Assembly (NCBI GenBank): GCA_039096225.1
Contig: JBBPEB010000007.1
Location: 1,302,001 to 1,366,000, forward strand
Length of the DNA stretch: 64,000 bases
DNA from: Blastocystis sp. Blastoise
Lineage: Eukaryota > Protista > Bigyra: Opalinata
Direction: 5' to 3'
How positions within the stretch are numbered: position 1 is the stretch's first letter; the number at the start of each line of letters is the position of its first letter. Below the pieces are notes generated by a model, which saw only the letters and a list, made by a program, of their open reading frames with translations, did no database searches and was not told the DNA's origin. A program made the position numbers and the translations under genes. Shown piece by piece: positions 46,684 through 58,571 of this stretch.

Positions 46684-47736
46684 TGTCCTATAAGTTCTTC
46701 TATCTAAACAAATAATGAACTGATTAATTCAATGAAGTTAAAATAGAAAAAATAAAATAATATTTTGCTAAAAAATAAAATGTGAATAATAATGTAAATG
46801 AGCGTTTCCTATCATTCAATGAAGAATCTTGTTATTCTTTGTTTATTGGCTATTTTTATTCATTTAGTCGTGGGAAGTCATCATATCTGTAGAAGATTTC
46901 GAACTTCTATTTCTTTTATAATTCTTTATTATATTCTTTTATAATTACAAGATTTGCTACATTAAAAAATTACTTGAACAATTACGAATCGATTGATAAT
47001 TCTAAGATGGAGTTATAAATAAATATCTGTCGTTCATATCTTCCATTTATGTATTTGACACAACTATATTCTCTTTTTAGCACCGTATACTGAACTAGTT
47101 ATTGCTACGAAATATGTAAGAAGACTGTGAGATGATTTAGAATTCACATAAAGTGGTGATTAAAAAAATAAATTCTTCAAGTGTTAAGCATGTTATTTGA
47201 TTTTACTTTGGAGACAGTGCTGAACTGATGAAATTATATCGTAAACATTTTATATAAGAATAGCTCGTTGAATAGTTTAGAATTCAAGAATAACATGTAT
47301 TTTATTAATTATATTAAACCATATGATTCATAAAAATACTTTAATTTACATATAGAGGAAGAATAAATATTAAAAATAGTGTTTTTCTTGAATGGATACT
47401 TGTTTTCAAAGAGATTTGAGTTTTAAAGCGAGAATACTTTCTATACAAAATAAATGTGTAATTATTAAATTACTTTTATGACTTTATAATAGATAGTATG
47501 AATTTAGAATCTAATTGGATGATCATTTGGTGATTCAATTCTATATTCTTTTTTTTATAATTCTTTATATGTGTATAGATAATTTATTTTATTATATATA
47601 GCATATTTCAAAATAAATTTTATAGAAAAAATGTTCATGAAAGTAGTTTTGACACGAGAAAAATCCAAAAGGATCTAGTTTCATAAATAGAACGTGATAA
47701 ATAAATAAATAAAAATCTCATTTGGAAAAGAAAAGA

Positions 47737-49120
47737 ATGGAACAGTCTATATCTCATTCTAATGAATTAGAGACTTCTCTCTTAGAGAATCGAGTTTCAT
47801 CAGAAACTCAAACTGATTCAACAAAGTCAAATGTTTTGTTTTTGGAGCTCAAGCAATCTTTCGTTACAATGCTTGGAATCACAATTATTCATCTAGTATA
47901 TTGAATAGTCAACAATACTGTTATTCTACATTTAGATATGGACAAATCTTCAATGTATTATTCTATATCAACTATGGGAAGGAAAGGGTTTATTTTCATT
48001 TCAACTGTTTTTAGTGATTGCAGTAACATCAATCATACCTATTATTGGGTATTCTACTATATATAACGATTATTATATTTTTTTTTATAGAATATGTGCT
48101 ACTGTTTTGCGTAGTTCTTTTCTTGTCATTTCAGTATATTTATTGAAATATTAATTACTCTATCATACTAAACCACATTAGTATTGCGTACTAACAGGGA
48201 TTGGTGTGTTTATATATATATCCTTTTGAAATGTGTTTTAAAAATGTGCTAATTTTATTAGTTTCTTAATATGTAATTGCTTAATACTACATTGCTCCTT
48301 GTAATACTTCCCCAGATGGACGCAGTGTATATTTTTATTTAATTTAATAATCACGTTGTCTATTCTTTTTCATAAATTTCAGTTATCAGCAATGTTTGAA
48401 AAACTTATCTTTTTCTGATTGTTCTTTATACGATAACAGAGTAATTCAACCTATGGTTGTATATCAGATGATTATGACAACATCAAATGCATTAATCAAA
48501 GTATTTTATTCTTGACAGTTGATGTTTCTTTTATCACTGATCATTTGTTTTTCTTTTGTTTTAATGATTATCTTTTAGACTTTAATATTATAAATATGAT
48601 ATACATATATATTCACATATATATAGTGCCTTGGATGTTTCTTTTCTATTCGATATTATCGATTATTAGTTAATGATGTTTATCCATATCTTCATCTTCA
48701 AAACAAGAAATCGAAAGAATTAGGAATTTATTTCCCTTTATTTACAAAAGAAAAACAATATAATCAACAAGATATTGCTAGTAAAGTATGCTAAAAATAG
48801 TTTTTAGAAGATATATAGAATATGAATTTTTTTTTTATATATATATGAATTATATTATATATATATGAATTATATTATATATATATGAATTATATTATAT
48901 ATATATGAATTATATTATATATATATGAATTCTATTTATATATAGAATATGAATTATATTTATATATAGAATATGAATTATATTTATATAGAATAAACAG
49001 GAACTATCGATAGTTTTACCTAAAACAACTATGATAGAATTATCAGATCTAAGTATATATATATATATATATATTTATCTAAAAACAAATATATAAATAG
49101 GTATTTCAAATTCAAAATAA
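47737..49120 (+). CDS. Small multi-pass membrane protein (about 4 TM, Cys-containing loop), many short exons, one U12-type intron
   Basis: Hydrophobic exons (MLGITIIHLIW, LFLVIAVTSIIPIIGICATV, YCVLTGIGVFIY, ALIKCLGCFFSI) join in phase to TAA 49118-49120. The cleanest join uses the ATATCCTTT donor at 48218. Confidence 0.6.
48218..48287 (+). other. U12-type intron (AT donor; 3' end AA at 48276 or AC at 48287/48290)
   Basis: Donor ATATCCTTTT. Branch-like TTTCTTAAT at 48262-48270 and TTGCTTAAT at 48277-48285. Confidence 0.65.
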
Positions 49121-49475
49121 TATGATTTTCAAAATAATGTCATTCTCTTTCAATTTTATTATTAATTATGTATATAAACTTTATAACAAAACAAACTTGA
49201 TATAAGTAATAATAAACATCTATTATATATATGATATAATAAAAAAAATTGATTATTAAATGTTAGTATAAACTGTATTTTGTAGAATCGAGAAAGAATT
49301 ATTGTAAATAATAATAGTGACGTTATAAAAGAAAGAATTAGAAATGTATTTTTATATATAATACATGTAAGAGATAACCATGAAAAAAAAAAGAAATATA
49401 AAATATATATTATAAATAATATGTATATTGAGATATGATTGATTCTATATATTTAAAAAACTATAAAGTTTTCAA

Positions 49476-50413
49476 TTAAGAGCTTGATATTTTTTCAACG
49501 AGTTCCTTTCCAGAGAAATAAGTACATATACACATTAATAAGAAGAAGATAATACATAATATATAATGTCCAATAAGTTTAGCTTTACTTTCATACTTTG
49601 TATGATTATGATCATAAACTATATTCAAAATAGAAGGAAGGAAAAGAGCAGCAAATGTAGCTGAAAAACTGCCAAGTAACTTATTAAGGAATATATTTGA
49701 TTTACTATTGTTGATTAATATAAATATATGTGTTGGTAATATATATATATATATATATTTATAATATATATAATAATAATAATTCTAAAGGATATTAAAA
49801 CTCATAATACTACCAAAGAAAGGGACATAGAAGGAAATGAGAGAAACAAGAATAACTTGAGCAAGACGTAAAATAACTCGAGCTTTATCAATAACGAAAA
49901 ATTTATTTGTTTTTGGTTTAGCAAATTTAGCTTCTAATATTTCATTAATACCAAGATAATTAAGAGGATAAGCACCTATAACTGATACTAGCATACCAAT
50001 ACATATTATTGTATTTTCAACAGAATTAGGATCTAAATTTAATAATACATTTGATTTTAATCCATTAGGATCATTCTTGAAGATAAGGAAAAGAGGAGCT
50101 CCAGTACATATATGATGATAATAAAAAAATAATAATAAAATAATAATAAATATAATAAAATAATAATAAAATAATAATAAGCATACATATATAAATAAGA
50201 ACAATAAGAATAACAGAGATGAAAATCGATTTTGAGGCTTTACTCTTTTGAGAGGGACGAATATCACTATAAAGAGGGAATACAAAGAAGATGAATTCTA
50301 AAGAATATTCTAGAACACCTATGTATGTTAATGTTCCTTCAAAGTTTGTGGGGAAGAGATCTGCCATCGAAAACTGAAGACCATAAGACATACCTCCTTT
50401 TCTATATAATAAT

Positions 50414-50454
<41 letters not shown>

Positions 50455-51381
50455 TAAACAGAATAATAAACAGAATAATAAACATAATAATAAACATAAT
50501 AATACATACATGAAAAGTATAATAAAAGAGATAATCATAGCAAATAGTCCAAATGAAGAAATGTATACTAGAGGTTGTGTATTCTTAAAGAGGACCAGAA
50601 TGGCTCCTATAATAGTAAGAATAATACAACAACAAAGACGAATCGTAGAATTATCAGCAGTAACACCTATAGAATTAATATGTCAATTATTTATATATAC
50701 CCATTTGAGCATAAGGCAATTGAGAAGCGAAATCAGTTAAAACAACCTATATAATATATAATATAATATATAATAAAAAAAAAATAAAAAAATAATAATA
50801 ATAATAAAATATATACCATGGTTCCTATGGCACCACCCCAGAGAGATATAACAATATCCCATTTTATTATTTCATATCCTGTTTTACCTAATACGGTATA
50901 AACAACTCGAGAATATTCGCTACTTGTAAAAAGAATGGATTCTTCATATTTCTTTGTTTTAACAAGCATATTCTTTAGCTTCAAAACAGAATCAGCTCCA
51001 TAAAAATTTGCATAAGCAAGGAAAAAATATCCAATGACACCAATTAAAAGACCCATCTAAAGTGTATTATACATGAAAATAACATAAGAAAATAATTATC
51101 GATAAAACTAAATTGCAAATAATATATCATACTTGTGAAAAAGCATATGGAATTGCTAATGCACCTGTACCAGCGATACCTTTCATTAAATTAATAATAA
51201 ATTCTGTAGAAGTTAAACCTTGTTCAGGTGCATGTCTCTTCACTTTAACTTCACCTAAATTATCAAGATTTTGAGGTTTCTCTGGCTCTTCATTGCTTAT
51301 TTCAACTTTTACATCGGGCTTTTCAGGCTCTATAGTATTAAGTTCAATATCATTCAAACCTGTAACTTTTTGATCACTCAT
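49476..51381 (-). CDS. AAAP-family (Aa_trans) amino-acid transporter, multi-exon
   Basis: FIINLMKGIAGTGALAIPYAFSQMG, EYSRVV..VLG, YSLEFIFFVFPL, AYPL, VPFFGSIMSFIGSFSAT..LFLP. Confidence 0.93.
49676..49795 (-). other. U12-type AT-AC intron (120 nt)
   Basis: Donor ATATCCTTT, branch TTCCTTAAT (49691-49683), then AAGTTAC. Splicing gives in-frame IMSFIGS, and no GT-AG pair preserves the conserved helix. Confidence 0.9.
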
Positions 51382-52974
51382 ACTTTCCAACAACTTTATA
51401 ATATATAAAAGCTTTGATTACAAAGATCCTGTATTAAAGGAAAAAATGAAAAATTTTAATTTTATCAAGATGAATTTCTGTCTCGATTTTAGAGAAACCA
51501 TTCAACAATTTACTGGAAAAGAATGTTCTTTTTATCTCTTTTTATTTTGACAAGTCAATCATTACCAATCATTTCGACGAAAGAGCCAGTGTCATCAACA
51601 TATCGAGATACTTTAGAGAAAAAAATGGAAAAATAATGAATTTTCTGAAGCGTCTTATGTGTAATAGTAGCCTTTTTAAGGAAATACACTTTATCTTTCT
51701 TGCATCTATTCAATTTGATATAAGGGAAGATACTAGGTATTCAGGACTAATGGAAAGATGTATCTTTTTTGTGGTGTAATGAAATCTTCATTCTTTTAGA
51801 CATGAATAATTGGAGTATAATGGATCATATTCAGAAAAATTGAAAATAGAACACAATTGTATCAAAAAAACAGTGTCTTTCTTGTTCAGTATCGTTTTTA
51901 AATTTATGTAGATAGTCTTAGAGCTGTTTTATTAGTTTGGATATGGCTGGAGGTGTAGTTAGATATCACATAAATAAGTTAAGCTTGTTTAGAGATGATG
52001 TTGAAGGTATAATACAACGAATATGGTTGAGAGTGCTGGTTTTTAATATTATAATAATCAAAAAAAGATTAAAAGTGATATATAGATATCGAAATTACAA
52101 AAATCACAAAATAAATGGAAGAATTTAAATAAGAAAAAAAGGAAAAATACGAATAGTTAGTGAATTTGGGATAGGATAGTATACAATAAATATAAATATA
52201 GTTTTTAATATATATACATGAGTTGAATACAATAATCAACATGAAAAATAGGAAAATCACATAAGAAAAGCATGATTAGAATAATTATAATATAGAGAGT
52301 ATTATAGTGATATAAGAAAAGAAAGGTTAGGAGAATAATGTTATATGTATATTTATGATCGCTTTATTTTAAGGAAATACAATGTATATATATTATATAT
52401 CTTTATGAAATTAAACTAGAGTAAAAAAAAGATAAAAATGTGGAAGAGGAAAAATAAAATAAGTGAATTAGAGGAGAAATATATGTAGATATAAATAAAT
52501 AGTAGTATTTCAAATATATAAATGCCCACGATAATTAATTTAAATAGAGTATATATAAACAATTAAAAGAAAAATAATAAATTCATGTTAGAAATATATT
52601 TTGACTGAGAATATTATTATATTTATTAAGAAAAAGTGTTTATTAAATATGTTTATTACGAGAAAGTGTATAAAAAAAGGTTATTAAATATGTATATTAA
52701 ATTATTTTTATTTAAGAATACACGATAGATCCATAAGATAAAACAAAGTATTACAAATATATATATATATATAATTATAAAAAGATTACAAAATAATACA
52801 AAAATCAAAAAGGAAATAATAAATAAGAAAAATAATAAATAGATATATTAAACGAATATACTTATGAATCACTACAGTGATTGACCAATAAAATATGCAA
52901 ATTATAAGAATATATTAATTACCTATAAAATCTTTATATATAATAGTTTATAATATATCATAAATACAGAAGCA

Positions 52975-55900
52975 TTAGAATGTTGATACAAGTGAGACTG
53001 ACGCAGAGGGTGTCATAGAATTAGATAGTTTTATATATGATGATTGAATAGCATTCGTTTTATCATTTGAGGAGCAACAATCTTTTGAAGAGGATTTTGA
53101 AAGAGTAGACGTAGGAGTATTTGAAAGAGAAGGAGAAACTAGAGAAGTAGAAGAAGAAGGAATAGTATTATGAGGAGAATCTGTTGGATATATAGAATTA
53201 TCATGAGATTCTTTCGAATTCGAAGAACTAGATTCTCTATTAAGGTTTAGATTTATAGTAGTATCTATACATAGTTGTTTTTCTTTCTTTTCTCTTTCAG
53301 TATAGTTATTTGGGAATGAACGTGGAGATATACATATAGATTGATTATTTTGGGATATATTAATATCTTTATTAGTTTTAGTAGATGTACACGTATTGGA
53401 TGAATCAATAGTATTAGTAGATATTGATTGAAGAGAGTTTTGTTCTTTTCTTATTGAGGGACTTGTGATTATCGAAGTATTGTTTCGAGAAGAAGTAACT
53501 GAATTTATCTTAATCTTTGTTGTTTTAGAATATATAGTTTTATTCTTATTGCTTACAGTTTCAGTTTCACAAGGATTTTGAATAGTATGATCTTTTGTAT
53601 TCGATTCAGTTGAAGAAGTAGTATTACTATTAAAAGACATAGTATTACTCACTATAGTAGTAGTTGTTGGAATTGAATTTATACTAGAATTATTGATAAC
53701 GGATGGTTGATTATGCATGACTTCTTCAGAGATTAAGGTCTGTTTCTGATTGGATGAATTTTGAAAAGGAGGTGAAACATTATTATTGATATTGTTTGAA
53801 TTCCCTATGAATGTCTCTTCAGATAAAAAGGAGGATGAAAGTTCTTTACTCTTCATCTTCTTCTTATTTATATATGTATAAGGATGACTGGTTTTATTTG
53901 AAGACTGATTTTGTTTTATTAGAGTATTGTTTTCATCTCTATATATTTGTGAATGCGTATTGCTTATTTGAGTATCAAGAGATCTTTTATTTCCTTTTTG
54001 TATAGATGTTTTATTCTCCGATAAAATAGAATCATCTATGGTTTGTTTGTCTATAGACTTTGTATTATAATTATTTATGGATGAATCCTTAGAAATAGAA
54101 GAAGGCGATATATTTTGTGTTGATTGAAGACCATTCATATACATATTATGATGTTTATTGTTTGTTTGTTTCTTTTTAAAATTCATTTTATTGTTATTAA
54201 ATGTATAGAGATACTCTTTATTATTGGGTTTAGTTGGAAAAGGACGAATACTAGTATAATCAGAAGAATAATTATATGGAAGATAAGCAGTATTAGTATT
54301 CCCACGGTAAAAAAAAGAATGATTGTTATTTTTATTATCAATATTATTATCATCATCATCTATGTTATTATTACCAATACTATTATTACTTTTTTTCTTC
54401 TTTTTATTTTTCTTCTCTTTAAGTGCAGAGTATAAAGAGATAGAAGATTGAGAAGTGATAGGTATATAATAGTTACTATTATTAATAGAGAGAGATGACG
54501 CAGCGAGGGATTGTGAACATAAAGAAGGATTGACTAATGTCATTTGATTGGTTGCTGTATTATTCTGTTGATAATAAAAGGGTTTATTGAGAATCTTGTT
54601 TGAACGATTACTATTCATACTATTACTATTATTATATGTCTGTTTAAGAAAAGTCCTAGGAATAGTTAAGGAGTTCATTTTTAATTGAGTATACCAGACA
54701 TCATACGATTCTTGACTATTCATAGATACAGGAATGGGTGAAGTCATAGAAACACATTGAGTAGTTGAAATCGGCATATTAGCAGCTTCTTGTTGAGAAC
54801 TGATAGAAGTTTGATTAAATGGTATTGTAATATTATTAGCATAGGATGGAGAATACACAGTAGATGTAGTAGAAGACACAGGTGTTGACGATACATATAT
54901 CGTTTTATTATGGTTAACTTTCTTATGTTTTGAATTACGTTTACTTTCTTTATGTTGATCTTTAGTTTTATGATAGAAGTCTTCTACAGCTGTATAAGGA
55001 TGAATGATAATAAGCATAGCTCCAGGAGTAATCTTAACTACAGGCAATATCGATAATTCTCCTTCTGGCATATTTGGAAGTTGTAGACATATAACATCAG
55101 GATATAAATCGTAATCTATATTTATTTATATATAAATGAAGAAATACTATAAGTATATTGATATGATATAATATATATATAGAATAATACCTGAGACTTG
55201 GTCAATCACTATTATAACACAAGGAGCTGGATAAATAAGTATTCGAGAGGATTGGAAATCGACTGTAGAGGGTAGGGAGGAAGGAATAGAATCCTCGGTA
55301 GTTAGGGCAGTGCTGATTATATCAGATTCATATTTTACTCCTGATATTGTACTTTCAATATTCTTGGAATAATTACTGGAATTCTCTGAAGGTATTGCTG
55401 TTGAATCATTTTTCTTGCTTTCTTTATTATTGTTATCTTTATTGTTGTTATCTTTATTGTTGTTATCTTTATTGTTGTTATCTTTATTGTTGTTATCTTT
55501 ATTGTTGTAATCTTTATTATCACCATTATCATCACTATTACCATTATCACCATTATTACTATTATCACCATTATTATTACCATTATCATCACTATTATTA
55601 CTATCATCACCATTACTATTATCACCATTACTATCATCATTATTATCACCATTATTATCACTATTATTATCACCATTATTATCACTATTATTATCACCAT
55701 TATTATCACAAACACCATTCTCATCACAATTACAATTACCATTATCATCATAATTATCTTCATTAATATCATCACTAGTCTTTTCTTCACAATAACAACG
55801 ATTATAACTATTGCTAATAAAAGAACCATTCACTAAGGTTTCATATATATTGATATTATGCATTCTAGTATAGCATATCATTTGACTATAAATATAAATA

Positions 55901-56684
55901 ATCAAAACCAGAGACTGTTTTGTGAGAAAATATATATATATATATATATATATTCATATAAATCGGGAAAAAAAAAATGTAACCAAAATAAACATAATAA
56001 TATACTTATCTTTCATTATAAAAGAAGAATATACGAAGAAAATATATAGCTCAACTACAGTAAAATAATAATATAACTGACACACTATAGAAGAGAAATA
56101 AAATAAAAACAATATCATAAATATATAAACATATATATATATATAATAGTATAATAAAGTTAGAAATATTTACTCTTAACTAATAATAGTATATGATAAT
56201 TCTTGTTCGATATTATATTCTTTGATGGCAAATGACCAAGTCTGTTCCTTAGTGTACACTGAATAAAAACAAATATAAAATAACACAAATTATTATCATT
56301 GAGTATATTGTTAATAATAAAGAAAATAAACATATAATTATCTATATTACTTGCAAACAATACCACCAATTTGACGATGATTTCTTTTTCTCAAATAAAA
56401 CAAAAAGATTCATAGCGTTACATTCTTGCCTATATGTTTCTGATACTATCAATCGAATATAGAACCGTTTCATGTGATTAAAAAAGGTATATGGATTACA
56501 TATAGTCGAAAAAACATATTTATTGAACTCTATAATTTCCTATACATCATAAATATTAAAAAAATAAAAAAATATGAATGAATAAAAAATAAACAAATAC
56601 CGTGCCATTTTGTAAATGTGGATAGAAATGATGACAGTTAATTTCACATTCTAATAGACTATCATTCAGAGAGATCCCATTCAT
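52975..56684 (-). CDS. Large low-complexity protein with a possible divergent DENN-like N-terminal region
   Basis: Five exons join in phase from ATG 56684. N-terminal FYP...FVLF...WWYCLQC...ILLLV and later IYPAPCVIIVID loosely resemble uDENN/DENN. Contains an N/D/G repeat insert and a long S/N/T-rich tail. Confidence 0.5.
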
Positions 56685-56950
56685 CTTTGATGTTGTAGAA
56701 GCAGAATAAATGATATTCTGAATAAAAATACTTTTTTAAATTTTTGGTGGGAAATTGGGTATAAAAATAATAATAATTTTTCTTCAAGTTGATTATTTGC
56801 TTTGAATATAATAAAACAAAGTTTTTTTTTGTATTATTCATTATCTCAACACTATACACATTTAACGAACAATAATCAAAACATAATTTCGTTAATTCTT
56901 CATGACGTCTATCGATTATATCTTCAAGAAGCTTGAAATAAATGATAAGA

Positions 56951-58207
56951 ATGTCATCTCAAAAGCTATAGAAATTCAAAACAATGCTTACAGGAAATGT
57001 ACTTCTCTAGGATCTGTATTTTAAAAAAGAATTTGTTATTCTTTTATATTTATTATTTTAAATAATACATTAGGAAATTGTCTGTGTTCCAGCTGCATCT
57101 GTAGAGATTGCTTCAAAGTATATTTTTTATAAATTAGCGAGATTTTGTTAAATAAATTAGGTTTTATGGTTTACCTATTGATTTAGAAGAGATATATAAA
57201 CGTTCTGGTGCTCTTGATAAATCTAAATATCAAAGAGCTCTCTCCTATATATCTAATGTTTTGAATATAAGTATTGTGCCTTCGTTGTCCCAGTTCTGTG
57301 AAAAATATAAAGTAAAAACATTAGAAAAACAAATTCAGAATTATCTAGATGACTATCGTGTATATAGTTTATGATTTTATTAGTATATTATTTTTTTTCA
57401 TTTATATATATATAAATATATTTTATTCAAAAAAATAGTCTAGAAAATTATCATATTTACCATCGTCACAACGTTCTTTATTTCCCATGCCACCCTATAT
57501 GCGAGGTGTTTTTTTATATTTAGTTGCAAAGAAATATTCAATTACCCTCGATAGACTTAATATATGCCGAGATAGTAATGTACCCATAGAATCCTTTATA
57601 GAATCCTGCCAAATGGTTATTGATTTATTTCCTGAATTAGGTATATATATAATTTAGTATCTATTAAGCAAATTACATATATCAATATATTTATATCTTT
57701 TAAGAAACATTTTTTATAGAAGATATATTTATTATTAATATAATTATATATATATGATTATAATTATAGCTGATGTTGCGACACAGAATAAAGTCAAAGA
57801 AGAAAATAGTATGCTAAAAATATATATAATTATATATAGCAAATTGGAAATACAGTTATTTTTATCATGATATATATAGAAATATTACAAAAAGAAATAA
57901 AAGTAGATATTGAGAGAAAACTACAAAAAGGGGAAATTATAAAAGCTGAGCATGCTACAAATGAAAAGGAATATGACATGATTCAGAAAACGCTTGAAAA
58001 TGTAAAGTGGAAGGAAGAAGTTCTTAAAAAGAGACAAATGGAGAAAGAAACTATTAAGAAACGAAAAGGTAGTCTATATACTCATTTTTAATGGACAACA
58101 TTTGTTTTATTTTCTCTATAGTCAATGAAAAAGAATCTATTGATCATGAATCCCAAATTAAATCTAAACCTAAAAAGCAATTGTCACTTTTGAATATGTT
58201 TCAATAG
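56951..58207 (+). CDS. ORC6: Origin recognition complex subunit 6, multi-exon
   Basis: TFIIB-like pattern AASVEIAS...KRSGA..SKYQRALSYISNVLNI, LDDY, FLYLVAKKY..TLDR and the C-terminal KWKEEVL helix. Ends KKQLSLLNMFQ*. Confidence 0.8.
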
Positions 58208-58571
58208 GTCAAAAAAGACATTTCATGATTTGTTTGATTTAGATGTATCTAACGATTTCTGATGTGTTTGGAATGTCCTGGTGAATACTGAATATAATTC
58301 ATTATGTGCTTAAAACAGTTTTATTTGGATTGATAATGACATATGTATTGTTATTGTAAATATATATTCCATAGTTGAGTTGTTTAATTTATTCCACATG
58401 CAACTGATGATTATAAAAGTAATTTTACTCTTTATCAGCTATTAAATTAAGAAAGAATCAAAATAAAACAAAAAACAAGTTTTATTTTTTTGAAACTCCG
58501 AAAGAACATTATTCCCTTGAGAGATTCTTATAGATATCAAAAAAAATATTTTGTTTAATATCGTTGCTAAT

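Noticed and set aside
51400-52950. Short ORFs or RNA genes in this intergenic gap
   Set aside because: No recognisable motifs, splice-consistent exon chain or tRNA-like structure. No tRNA or rRNA was recognised anywhere in the window.
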